Of a stretch of DNA of 64,000 nt, positions 12,511 to 25,257 are shown in pieces (positions within the stretch are counted from its first letter, which is position 1; every line of letters starts with the position of its first letter). A model generated the notes under the pieces. It did no database searches, was not told the DNA's origin, and was given only the letters and a program-made list of their open reading frames with translations. A program made the translations under genes and the position numbers. Origin of the DNA: Hydrolagus colliei (lineage: Eukaryota); contig CM068745.1 in assembly GCA_035084275.1 (NCBI GenBank), positions 14,694,001-14,758,000 on the forward strand, written 5' to 3'.

Positions 12511-13909
12511 AGACTGTCACCTTGTCGGAGGTGCCATCCTTCTAATTAGATGATAAACGAAAGCCAGCCTGCAATCAAGTGGATTATAAAGATCCCAGAT
12601 CAATATTACAAAAGAGAAGGATGTTTCTGTCAGGATCCTGCCAAAAACCTCCAGATAAAAACAAATTGATTATTCACCGAATGGCTGTTGGTTGGGTCTT
12701 ACTTTTATCAGCCTGTAAAAGATAGTCGCTGAAAACTATCCCTGACAATAATAATAATAATCCTTGCATTTGATATACTCTAGCACCTTATCATATCGTC
12801 GAGACGTCTCAAAGCACTTCATAGAATATACCGTGAAGTGAATTGAACTATATATGTTGTGTGTGCAAAACGAAACACACATAAAATGAAATAATTACCG
12901 TAAAGCGCTTTTATGTTTATCACATATCAATGTGATAAACATGCTAAAAACAATTCTTCAATATTGCAACATATCTATCAAAGTTTAATATATACTGTAT
13001 CATGATTGACACTATTACTGATGATTGTTTCATTTATACGAAAGGCTGTCACCGCTCATGTTCACTGCAGGACATCTGAGTTGTAACGCTCTCACACTCC
13101 TGAGAGAACTGTCACAAAGCTCAGTTACTGAGCCCACATCTTCCTCAGTGCCTGACAATACATTCCCTTAACAAAGATAATTACAGCGAGGCAGCACAGA
13201 TCGTTTCTACCCACTGACACGAGGCAAGCTGCAAATCGCAAAAGAAATGTCACACTCCACAGTGGATAAAATTGCAGAACGAATTTCACTGTCTGCATGT
13301 GTTATTTATGAGGCAGTCAGACTAGCTGGCACAAGCACTGAAATACAGCATGGCGTCCCGTTGATTAATGTGCAGGGCCAACCCCAAGCCCATTTCATCA
13401 ATCCATTCGTAGTCCTGACCTTGCAGTCAAGGGAGCAGAGTTCAACTCTGGCAGCCAATTTGGTCCTAACCTTAACATCGCACACAGTACCCCTTTTGAT
13501 GGTTTATATAGCCTGATTTTATCTGAAGATACATTATAAAAGGAAGAAAGCTTTCCTAAATATAACTCAGTCTGCTTCATATAATAGGTTAGACGCTTTT
13601 GACATTCCCAGCTCAGTGCATAATAAAAGTCGCTTCATAAATATTTCAGTGTTGAGTCGGCACCTTTTGATTTCTGTGTCAGTACAAATTGCCCCGTATC
13701 AATACATTTTTCATTGTCAACTATGAATACACACATCGCTTTGTGGCCAGGGTGATGGATATTGACAAAAGCTTTGTGTAATTATTCATTTTAATAGTTT
13801 TTAAAATGCGTTCTAGGGTATTGTTAACTGAATTAAAAATCCTCAAAGTCTCCAAGCAATATCTGGGTCACCTCATGGTATAATAACAATTCTTGAATTC
13901 CTTGCCTTT

Positions 13910-14206
13910 GATAATAATTGTTGCGTTTGATATAGCACTTTTTTTTATATCTTCCAGACGGGTCACAGAATATACTGTAAAGTGAATTGACCATATATTT
14001 GTGAGTTAAACGTGGCTGCCAATTGTGTACAGCAGTGTCTCACTAACAGTTGTGGATTGAAATTACCAATTTATTACTGTTTTTTGAGGGATTATTATCA
14101 GGCATGTGGAGTCAGGAAACTTGCCCAAGGTTTCGCACTGCCTGGAATTGAACCCAGGTCTATTGCTTGTAAGACGAGTGCTCTTACCACTGAGCTACAG
14201 GACTAC
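13910..14206 (-). mobile_element. tRNA-derived SINE2, full length
   Basis: Reverse-complement copy ending ...cactgagctacaggactac. Confidence 0.88.
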
Positions 14207-14589
14207 AGTAACATTGACATGCGTAGAAGCACATTTCCAGGTAATTTCAGTAAATTGTAGTGACAGTATAATAGTCTGCAAACATGGCAGCCAATCTGCA
14301 CACAGCAATGCCTCACAAGTAGCAATGGAGTCAAAGGTCAGTTTTATACGTCAATTCACTTTACAGTATATTCTGAGAAGTGCTTTGAGTTGTCTCAACA
14401 ACATGATAAAGCGCTATATCAAATGCAAGGATTATTCTTATTCCTGTATAATGTCTACAGACCCACTTCCAAAACACTGTCAGAAAATCCCTTCACTTTT
14501 CACAGATTGCCATTGTATCTTTGCCTACTTGAACAAGTGGGGGGACTTTGGATTAACGTTTCATCTGAAGGGCAGCAACAGATATGAAA

Positions 14590-15520
14590 CAGTACACATA
14601 ATCCTCATGGTGTCTATTTTCTATTGTTTGTTTTGTTGAAGTAACACATATGTTTGAAATACAAACCTTTTGGCCTCTTTGTTCTAGATTTGGAGCCTCT
14701 GAATCTGCTACTTATCATAATGCTGGCCGGACTGTAAGGAGCATTTCAGCTGTGACGAATAGAGTAAAATGCAACATATACAATTACATAAGTCAGAATC
14801 AGAAGTTCCCTTTGATATCTCGGTGCGGAACATTAGGAGTTAACATTACTATCAGAATTTTGCTGGGTAGTCCAGCTCTTATATTCCTGTGTGAAATTCT
14901 GGTTCATTAAAAAAGAGCAATTAAGCATGGGACCTTTGAAGGCATGAACACGGAAATAGAGCAAAATTGGAACAAAGTTTAATATAATCTCTGACTTGGC
15001 CAGAGTCTTGGATATTGAATCGTTGAAACATAGAATATTTCAGCACAGAAGAAGACCATCAGCTGTGCTGCTCTCTGTAAATGCTATCTGTTCAGTCTCA
15101 CTCCCCATTCTTTACCCCATATGATGGCTGTGTAGCACTGAGCTTGGAGCGGGCATTTAAGCTTACACAATACCTTTTGACTGATAGAGAACGAGCCATG
15201 CGTGTGTGTTCCCCTGGAGCATTCACTGACAGCAGCATTTGCACTATGCACACAAACTGAAGGTTCAATTTCTGACCCTATTCAGCCAACACTAAAGATG
15301 GGTAAAAAGCCTTTATTTTACCCTCTAGAGCAGTACACATAACCCTCATAATATCCATTTTCTTTTTTTTTTTACGTGACAAATGTTTGATAAACAAAGT
15401 CTGCCTCTTTGTTATAGATTGCGAGTCTCCGAATCTGTTACTTGTCACATTACTGGGCAACCTGCAAGGAGCACTTCAGCTATGATGAATAGAGGAAAAT
15501 GCATCATATACAATTATACA
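14590..15520 (+). repeat. Local direct duplication of ~200 bp (14590-14790 and 15331-15520)
   Basis: agtacacataa.cctcat ... gcctctttgtt.tagatt ... gaatctg.tactt.tca ... aaggagca.ttcagct.tga.gaataga...aaatgca.catatacaatta in both copies. Confidence 0.85.
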
Positions 15521-15936
15521 AATCTATCCAGTATTCTGTCCCCTGGAAGACAGTGATTTAACAAGATACTTGACTCTACTGATGCCACTTCATCATTTCT
15601 CTTTCAAGAGGTGTTCTCCATACTGCTGTTCATTGCTTTTTCCAATATTTTCAATTACACCACATGCGATTCTCAGCCTCTGGCAGGGTACCCCTGAGCT
15701 ATACACTAACAGGTTCACATCAGGCAAAACAAGGTGGCTTTCCTTCCCAAAGGAAGGTGGTGGGGGAGGGAGAATTCACAGCCCCAATAACAATGGACAT
15801 TGAAAACTCATCCTTTGACGACTTGTGATATCAACCTGCCTTAGTCGGTAGCACTCTTGCCTCTGCATCGAAAGATTGTGAGTTCAAGACCATCATGGAC
15901 CATTTAAGGTTTTGTAGACTAGGCTAACATTCTGAT

Positions 15937-16241
15937 GGAGTCCTGTAGCTCAGTGGTTAGAGCACTCGCCTTAGAGACCTGGGTTCAATTCCAGGCAGGG
16001 CGAAACCCTGGGCAAGTTTCCTTACTCCATATGCCTGATAATATTCCTTCAAAAAAAGCAATAAGAAATTGGTCATTCCAATCCACAACTGTTTTTGGGA
16101 CCCTGCTGTGTACAATTGGCTGCCATGTTTCGCTCATATACACTGTCAATTCACTTTACAGTATATTCTGTGAAGCGCTTTGAGACGTCTACAAGATGTG
16201 AAACACGCTCTATCAAATGCAAGGATTATTATTATTATTAT
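15937..16241 (+). mobile_element. tRNA-derived SINE2, full length
   Basis: ggagtcctgtagctcagtggttagagc ... aaatgcaaggattattattattatt. Confidence 0.9.
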
Positions 16242-17153
16242 TCCGGTGCCGTGCTGGGGAAAAGCTGCTTTCTTTTGCGTTCTAGAGAGGCTGTTTTTGC
16301 AGCTTCTTCCAGCGCACACTCTTCTGAAGACAGGCGATCAAGATGCTCCCTGGCCACCATTATGTCTCCCCAGTTGTCTCCTTAGTCCCCAGTTGTCTCT
16401 CTCACTCAGCTGCTGAACAGCAAGTAATAGTGATGACCAATCTGATCTCTGCTCGTCTCTAGTTCCACTGCAATAGATGGGCAGACACAGCAGCTTAGTC
16501 AATGGTCCTTTTAGACTTTATCAAGAAAAGAGGTTGTTTAAAAAATAGTACAAGCAGCAGTTTCCGTTTCAGTAAAAGTCATTTGGTAAGAGTTGTTGGG
16601 AAGCTGAAGAGCAAAGAAAGACATCAAAGGATTTGATTCTCAGAGTATTCATTTCAAAACACTCATTCAACCTTAGGTTTCATTGGTAAAGTGGGGCAGT
16701 AATGTCCGAGAAACAGTCGTGGATTGAGTGATCAATTGTTTTTTGAGGGATTATTACCCCCAGAAAGGAATCTACCAATCGGCTAACATGTGCATTAGTC
16801 TAGGTAAATCCATGTTCTAACCATTGTTTTTTTTCTTAATTGAATATTTTTTGATTCATGGCATAAATAAAACTGTAAAGGTTGGCCACCAATTGTCTTA
16901 TGGTTTCCTGGTAAAATAATGTGTTCAAAACATCACAAACATCTCACAGGATTTACCACAAAGTGTAATGATTGTATGTTCCGCAGGCAAAACATCAATT
17001 TGGTAACAATCATTACCATTCAACTCATTTTTGTTTTAACCATTGAGTTTTTTCCTAAATTGCGTACTAGAATACGTGAAAGCAATTTGACACTATTTTT
17101 CAAATTAAAATCAGCAAAATTGCTACCCCAACATCCTATTTGCAATGATTGTG

Positions 17154-17262
17154 ATTGAAGGAATTTGATCAGATTTTTGAAGGAATTTGAATGAATTGAA
17201 GAAATTTGATCAGATTTTTGAAGGAATTTGAAGGAATAAAAGGAATTTTATCAAATGTTTGA
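17154..17262 (+). repeat. Minisatellite, ~41-bp unit x2.5 built from tgaaggaatt sub-repeats
   Basis: attgaaggaatttgatcagatttttgaaggaatttgaatga repeated. Confidence 0.85.
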
Positions 17263-18227
17263 GATTAGGCAGGAGGAGCACTTGGTGAGACCAGCCATTC
17301 ATTTGCTTCCATCTTGACACTGAAGCAGTAACTGTCCAGCGCCTTGGGACGTCCTTCTGACGCAATGTGCTTCACAAAGCCATATCAATTTGCCATTGGA
17401 ACCCCCACACTCAATAGACTACATCAGCGATTAAATATATGAAAATAAAATTAACTGCGCAGCTGGAATGGATGGATTGTGAGGCATCGGCAATTGGGGT
17501 CTTGCAGTCAAGTGTTTGATGCAGAGCCTATAAACAATCTGTTTGCTCTACATGTTGGCACACTGTACATACTGCCGGGATGATCTCGCAAGCCCACTGC
17601 CAACTGTGTATTGTCTGCCTGACTGCACATTCATTTCGTTTCAGAGAATTGCTTCAGGGTGTACACAGTTGGAGCAGGGCTCTGACCTGAGTAATTTAAA
17701 CTGTTACTTTGACGTGAACAGGCCCATTGTATTTAGCTGCTGTAGCAACTATTTCCCACCAATCTTATTTGTAGAAATTGCAATGTCTCCAACAAGATAG
17801 AAATTGAGTAAACAAGAAAGACTTTGCAATCCCAGTAAATTGCCTAACTATCAAATAATAGTGTCTGTTTATTGCTTTCTCATTTAACAAAATTGAGGTG
17901 AAAAGGTGATGTTTGCTGCTTTGCAAGAAATTTGATTTGTTTCTATTTTGAACCCACATAGAGTCTTGAAAGCCCCGGTTGATGGATTTTTTATGTCTCT
18001 TTGTTTTCCTACATAAAGATAGTGTTGATTTAAAAAATATGTTCCCCATTGGTAATCACATGTTGAAAAAAACCTGTGTATGGGAATCTATGTTTTGAAA
18101 GTCATATAGATGGACCCAAACTTAATTTTTTAGTCAAGCCTTTCTGTTGCATTTTTAAATAAATAATACACAATAATAGTTCTTGTATTTGATAATAGCA
18201 TTTTTAGCACATGGAGATGTCCCAACT

Positions 18228-18523
18228 GAGTCCTGTAACTCAATAGTTAGAGCCCTCGCCTTGCAATCCCTCCCAGATTAAATTCCAGGCAGAAACCTTG
18301 GGCAAGTTTCCTTACTCTACTCACCTGATACTAATCCCTCGAAAAAAAACAATAATAAATTGATCATTTCAATCCACGACTGTTTGTGGGACACTGCTGA
18401 CACAATTGGCTGCTGTGTTTCACCCACAAATATACAGTCAATTCACTTTACGGTATATTCTGTGAAGCACAAGACGTTTACAAGATGTGAAAAGCACTCT
18501 ATCAAATGCAAGTATTATTATTA
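18228..18523 (+). mobile_element. tRNA-derived SINE2, full length
   Basis: Same consensus. Confidence 0.88.
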
Positions 18524-18534
18524 TATCTGTTAGT

Positions 18535-18916
18535 TCAGGGTTATTAGGGAATACAGGGCAATGGCGGGAAATTGGACCAAAGGTACAGATCAGCTATGAT
18601 TGTATAGAATGGCAGCACAAGCTCGAGGAGCTGAATGGCCTACTCCTGTTTCTATGTTTCTACAGTGTAATCATAGAATCATAGAATTTTACGGCACAAA
18701 AGGAGGCCATTCGGCCCATCTAGTCTGTGCCGGCTCTTTGAAAAGAGCAACTCAATCCCACTGCCCGTGCTCTCCCCATAACCTAACAGACCTATTCTCC
18801 CTAAATAAAGATCTAATTCTCTTTTAAAAACTGTTATCAAATCGGCCTCCACCACCTTTTCAGGCAATGCATTCCAGATCCAAACAACCCGCTGAGTGAA
18901 AACATTTCACTCAGCG
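18535..18916. mobile_element. Two CR1 3' ends tail-to-tail (+ 18535-18660; - 18668-18905)
   Basis: gaatggcctactcctgtttctatgtttcta on +; atcatagaatcatagaat tail and ORF 18679..18867 on -. Confidence 0.8.
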
Positions 18917-19279
18917 ATTTGAGCGGACTGGGTGAACCCAATGGTTTGCTTCTGTTACTATTCCCTCATAGAAAAGTAAGTAGTTTTAGCTCATTCAAGC
19001 TAATCTGAAGGATAAGGTGGAAAAAGCTTGAAGTGTGCCCTCCAGATGTTTCAAAAATATTTCCAGCCTAAATAGTTAAGAATTTCTGTAAATTTCCTGA
19101 ATTTCAACTGTCTGAAGCCTGTGCATTGATCCGTAAAATTTGAATCTCAGAATTAAAAGGTTGAGAAATCTTTCTCTCGCCACAGTTCTTTTATTTGTAC
19201 TCCCCTCTCTATTTTCTTCTGTCTGTCGCAATCTAATTTCTCAATTGCTTATCTTTCAGTTTACTGTCTGTTCCAAACT

Positions 19280-19755
19280 CCTTGACCCCATCTTCCCCAT
19301 CCTCACCCAACACCATTGGCTCCCCATCATCCAGAGGATTCAATTCAAGATCCTGGACCTTACACTTAAAGCCTTCCACAATCTTGCCCCACCCTACATC
19401 TGTGATCTCCTATCCCTTTACCAACCTGCCTGCCCCCTCTGCTCAGCAGGCTCTGGTCTGCTCTACATCCCCTGACCCCCCACCCACCCACCATTGGCGA
19501 GCGAGCCTTTAGCCACTCTGCCCCCAACCTCTGGAACTCCATTCTGCAGTCCCTCCGCCTCGCCCCCTCCCTGGCCTCCTTCAAGTCTCGCCTCAAGACT
19601 CTCCTCTTTGATGGACCCATCGGCAACTCCTAATCCCCCACCTTCCCTCCCATCTCCTGTCCTCAGCTTGGCTCTGAAGCAGTGAGTGTCCAGCGCTTTC
19701 GGACGTCCACCTGATGTGAAAGGCGCTATACACGTGTAATTTTGTTGTTGTTGTT
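19280..19755 (+). mobile_element. L2 LINE 3' fragment
   Basis: PILTQHHWLPIIQRIQFKIL...FHNLAPPYICDLL; tail cagcgctttcggacgtcc..gtgaaaggcgctata..(ttg)n. Confidence 0.9.
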
Positions 19756-20683
19756 GTCTCTCTGTGCCAACACTTCTCTATTTGACTGCCCCCATCTCTT
19801 TTTCTGGGCCTTTCCGACACTCTGTTCTTCCGTCTCTGTTGTACCTCTGACTATTATTTTCACTATCTTTCAGCTTTTCTCTCATTCATGATAGCACTCC
19901 AGCTCTCTGCTTGTCTCTATCTAGCTTCCAATTACATGCACACATTTTAAAACATTTCTAACTTTCGATGCATTTTACTTAAAAGTCCCACTTTGTATGA
20001 AGAATTAAAGTCAACTCCATTACTTGATATTGTTTGTATAAATGCATCGTGCATGAACCAAGAGGTTTTGCCCTTAAAATGTTATACTGATTGTCACTCT
20101 TAAAAGTGGTTTTGTGATAATTGTTCCTTACCAGATCTTATCAGATCTCAGCCTAAAATACCCTACTATTTTAAAACATAAGATTACACAATACAATTTA
20201 CATGTGTATGGCACCGTTGACATTGGGGAGCTGAGTCTGGAACAATATTCAAAACGGATTGAAGATACCTGAAGAACAATAATATTAAAAGATACAGGGA
20301 ATGGCAGGAAAATTAGTTTGGATCGGTTAGCTCTCATGAAGGGAGCGCGCCCCAATCCTGACACAATATGCCAACTTCATAGGATCAGTTTGGGTAAAGA
20401 AGGCCCTTCAACCCATCTGTCCTCATTCACACAGAACAACTCACTCTGCTAACCCCCTCCCACCATCATAGTTTCAAGCTGCCATTTAAATGTCCTGAAT
20501 GCAGCCACCCTTCCTGGTACCTGTTTCAATCATTAATTACCTTCTCAGTAAAGAAAAAAAAAACTGGTATCGTATCTGAACAGAAATTACCCTTTGCAAC
20601 TCTAAACATTTGTCTGGCTCAGTGCATCGTAAAATATTGATCTGGGTTCATTTTTCTTTTTTTTAATTTTATGCACTTCTTGT

Positions 20684-20980
20684 GGAATCCTGTAGCTCAG
20701 TGGTTAGAGCACTCGCCTTCCAAGTCTGAGACCTGTGTTCAAATCCATGCAGATCAGAGTGAAACCTTGGGCAAGTTTCCTTACTCCACACGCCTAATAA
20801 TAATCCCACCAAAAAATAATTTTAAAAAATGGATCATTTCAATCCACGACTGTTTGTGGGACACTGGTTTGCGCAATTGGCGGTCGCATTTCGCCCACAA
20901 ATATAGTCAATTCACATTCTGTGAAGCGCTTCGAGACATCTAGAAGACGTGAAAAGCGCTATATCAAATGCAAGGATTAT
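20684..20980 (+). mobile_element. tRNA-derived SINE2, full length
   Basis: Same consensus. Confidence 0.9.
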
Positions 20981-21214
20981 TTTTCTTCTATATGAGGTTC
21001 CATCTGAGTGCTCTCCTCTCTGGACTGAACAGCACCGGCTTGTCTAATTGAAAAGCCTCCTAAAAGGTATTTGATTCTACAAAGCATGAAGCTGTAGTGG
21101 ATTATTAGCTTTCTGTCTCCAGTATGTACTGTTCAATGGATGTATCAAATTCTGCAATATATCTCTTTGAAAACTTGACAAATGCACAAATGTATCCATA
21201 TATTTCAGTTGCAC

Positions 21215-21220
21215 TTTATT
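21215..21220 (-). promoter_or_regulatory. Candidate distal polyadenylation signal AATAAA
   Basis: tttatt on + strand, followed on the - strand by GU-rich tatggatacatttgtgcatttgtc; ends a repeat-poor AT-rich tract. Confidence 0.35.
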
Positions 21221-24200
21221 ATACAGTAAAAATAACTTACGTACATATACTTAATAAATGATATATTTCAAACAAGGAAAAAGTGCTTTTTTTTATATTG
21301 AATGCTTTCTCTAACAATTGAATACATATAGTATAGTAATGACGTGAAGACACATCTTTCCTGGTGATCTCTTGCACTTAACACAATAACACAATGTTGT
21401 TGAGTGACTTGAAGTGTCGGCAATAGCTGTAGATTTGTTTAATGGCACAAACATAGTTTTATGTTAGAAAACCAGAAACCCACAATTATCTATTTAAACT
21501 CTCAACCATCAAAATGTGGACATCTGTATTTTTTTTTAAATGGCAGAATTTTTAAATTAGCTGAATTATATTAAGTTGTACGGGAGGCAGAAACATAATA
21601 TAAAACAATTCTGGAATGCTAGCAGAGGATGATCTGTTGGCAGTTAAAGACATTTGTCTGGCAGAGCGTAGTTTAAAAGGAAGATGCTGTTTCAGATTGA
21701 ACTGGATTTATTTTGTGTAGTTGGTTGTACTGAACTGGACACAACTGGACAAAATAGAATGTGTATGCAGAGGTGGTAGGGGGAAAATAGTCCTAATGAT
21801 TGAAGCCCATGTCAAAAACAAATAAAGCTTTATCTACAAGGCAGCAGAAATAATACTATAATAACACATTGTCTGGATTAAGACAGATTTACAAAAGCAC
21901 TACTGTGTTTCAGTACTTCGAGTTTACAAATCAAACCCTTCTATTTAATGGTCATGAAAAGAGAATCATTTTAACTTTAGCAATTGGTAATTGGCTGGCA
22001 TCATGTGCCATTAAATTGACATCAATGCTTTCTGACAAACCATGATTCCCATTGCAATTATTTAAAAAAGCTTGTTGACTGCAGGCTTTATACCAGAGCT
22101 TGTATAAGAGCTGAACTGCGATTCCAGCGCAACATTCAACATTGAGAAGAAGCTGCATTATTCAAGTACTTTAATTAAAATAAGAGTTGTCAGTTACATC
22201 ATCATGGGCAGCATGGCAGGCAGTTGCTAAATATAACTGTGTCAGTGATCACTGGAAAGAATTGATACAAAATCCAAATTAGGGGTACTGTTACATAAAT
22301 TGTTTCATAGATTTTGCTGCAAAGCAAAATGACTGCATAGACGATTAAACATCCAGTTATTCTGCTTTCTTAAGAGTAACAAAAAGACTTTAAAAAATGG
22401 CCTAATGAAAATGACTGTAATTGTGTAAATGAAATGGTTGGCTGGTATGTATCTTTCATACAAACCTACATATGTAAAACATTCCTATCTAACTGAGCTA
22501 TCATGGCCGTTTGGTTTGTGATGTACAATATTTAGGATTTTATTCACCCTGACAAATTTTGTGTTGAGAAATGAAACACTTTGCAATTTCAAGCACCCAT
22601 GTACTCCCACATTAAATAAAAGTTAGACCCAGACTAGACCCTGTGCTCCACGTCAATCTCCAATCCAGAAGAGAATTTCATACTACAGTACTGTACGACA
22701 AAATTATACTTGTTTCCCAGCACCAGCCATCTTGTGACTTGTCTGAGTGGGATTGCCGTTTAATGTTGTGCTGAGACTACACAAACACATTTCACACAGG
22801 ATTCTTATAGTTAACAAACAGAAGAATATATTCTCTATGATCTGGGCTGGATTCAAACACTGCAGTTCTTAGATGAGGCTACATGAGTCAGGTAATGTGC
22901 AAATCCAGCTCACTGGATGGTACATGCATATTATTGGATAATGTAATTCGTGTTTCATAGCACTGCAAACACTGGCTTGGCTTTCAATAGCAAATTAAAT
23001 CATTGCACAGTAAGTCTCCTTTCAATTTTTGAAGCTAATTAAACGAAATAAATGGCAGCTCTCATTTCTTTAGTACTTTTGTCTTTTTTTGCCCCTTTTT
23101 TTCTTAAAACCATGGTATATTTTAATATATATAAACAACAACAAAATTACACTTGTGTAGTAGCACCTTTCACATTAGGAGGATATATATATATATCTGT
23201 ATACATACATATACAGCATATATATACGTACGTAAATTACACAAAGCAAATAGTCAGCTCTTGAAATCTTCTTACCACATGTTCCTCATTATTTACATGA
23301 TAGATTTTGTTAATAATAACAGCCCAACACAGTCATTGGCTAAAGGATTTAGCTTCTTAACCAGCCTCTGTGGGTCGAATTACTGGAAGGTGGGAGAGAT
23401 GTGCAAGAAGGATACTGTTGTAGTACCTTCCAACAAGGGAAAGGCTAACTCACGGTTTGAAGATAATGCAGTACAATCAGAAATAATCCACGTTATCTGC
23501 TCACTACAGAAAAAAAAGTGCTTTATGTCATAGTTTAAAAAAAAGGAAGAAAAGCAAAAAGTGCTGAGAAGCTGTAATAAATCGACATACAGTATATAAA
23601 ATAATATCTGAGGAGGGTTCGAGGAGATATGAAAAGTGAGTGTGAATCTGTTGTCTGGCAGCTCTCAGTGTACAGTGTGTCTCAACCTTGGACGAGTGGG
23701 ATATGCGAAGAAATGAAAGGATGCAGTAGAATCCTGGAGACGGACTCTGATACACAAGCTTTGATATGAACCACACTTCGGATAAAACACATTTTCCATT
23801 GACTTAACAGCAAAACAAATGTAGTCATTGCATGTTTGGTTTTTAAAAAAAAACAATTTAGTATTTCCTTTTTGCTCAAAAACATTTCATGGATTTGGGC
23901 CTGGGTTCTCAGCTCTTCCATAACAATACTGTTCCGGTGTCCACTTGAACAGAGAGGCGAGCAACTCTGAGGCTTGTTACAAGCTTGTTGTATCAAATTG
24001 GTCAAATAGAATCGATCACTCGCCTTCACAGCTGTTTTCGGGTCATTGCTGGACACAAACTGTTGTATTCACCCACAAGATTACACGGCCACAGCACTTT
24101 ACAGTGTATCCTGTCAAGCGCTTTGGGATGTCACCCTGATGTGAAAGGTATTGTACCAAATGTAAGGATTATTATTTGCCTTCCCAGTTTTTGCCACACT

Positions 24201-24329
24201 GGAATACAAGCCAGTATCAGCTGAACTGGGGCTGGCAACTTGCCCCCATGTGGACCAACCTATCTGTATTCCATACCTGGTACATCGGCACCATGTACTC
24301 CACCTCCCAAAATATTTCCTCTTTCTTTC

Positions 24330-24720
24330 CTTGTCAAGGTTCTCCCCACTTCATTCCTCAATGGCATCGATTCTTCTTTAGGTGGTAACTCGCCAAGGTG
24401 ACCATCCTTTATGCGTGAGCCAACACAGTGACTCGATCACAAGAAGGTTACAAAGATATGCTGTTTGGCCCGTTTGAAAATGAACAGGCTGCCTTGAACC
24501 ATGTGGAGCACAGCTGATCCCAATGCCGTTCTCATTCCACATCCACACTCGTACACTTTCCACCAAGAAGACACTGAATAGCGATAAGTAGCAGGAACCC
24601 TGCTGATTTCTCTCTCCACGGCCGTCAACTGTAGCTCTCTTATTGTCTCAGATCAACTAACTCAGGCCAGGATTTGAACCTGGGCAATGCCTTTCACAAT
24701 ACACTGAGCCACCAGATAAG
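24330..24720 (-). mobile_element. LF-SINE-like relic (similar pieces at ~4518-4830, 27720-27830, 30800-30920, 34920-35120, 53025-53110)
   Basis: Recurrent ggttcgatcc..tgtgc.gagttagc.gatctcagc head and atggtcac.ttgg body motif, resembling LF-SINE from memory. Confidence 0.45.
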
Positions 24721-24917
24721 CTCCAGGTTTCTCATTCATTCCAACGTATCTAAGATAATGGATGTTATTAGACAGGGGGCAGGTTGATGGATATCAATGG
24801 CCCACAAAATATGTGAATCTGGCTGCTACAACATCATTCCTTTTTGCTGCTTGAGTACATTAGTAATATCAGAACAGACGCTACCAATACATTTCTTTGC
24901 ATATCCCTTCAGCTGCC

Positions 24918-24923
24918 TTTATT
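24918..24923 (-). promoter_or_regulatory. Candidate proximal polyadenylation signal AATAAA
   Basis: tttatt on + strand, ~335 nt downstream of the stop codon after an AT-rich UTR-like stretch. Confidence 0.45.
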
Positions 24924-25257
24924 TTTAACACGCAAATATTTTTAAAGCACTTGTTCTTTCTTAACCAAAAGCAGTACAAATACATTTTTTGTTAAAACAA
25001 AACACAGGCAAGCAGATTACAAGAGTTTACAATTATACAAGACCTGCAAGTACAAAAAAAATACAATCTTTTTATCAAGCTTATTTGACAAAGATCAAAT
25101 TTGACAATATGTCAAAAATGTGTACGGACCTTTTACAGCTACTTAGACTGGGTGTTAATTAACTATCTCTTAATAATGTTATCTTACAAGATGGCTTGAA
25201 CTGAACCAGAGTTCAACTATCTGAAATAATACGTGAGGCTGTTTTACAGATTTTTTT

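Noticed and set aside
14106-14639. 177-aa ORF, plus the many QVSLLH / [13 protein letters not shown] ORFs
   Set aside because: Read-through translations of SINE copies.
17154-17262. Repeat array resembling a CRISPR array
   Set aside because: Eukaryotic context and no unique spacers; a simple minisatellite.
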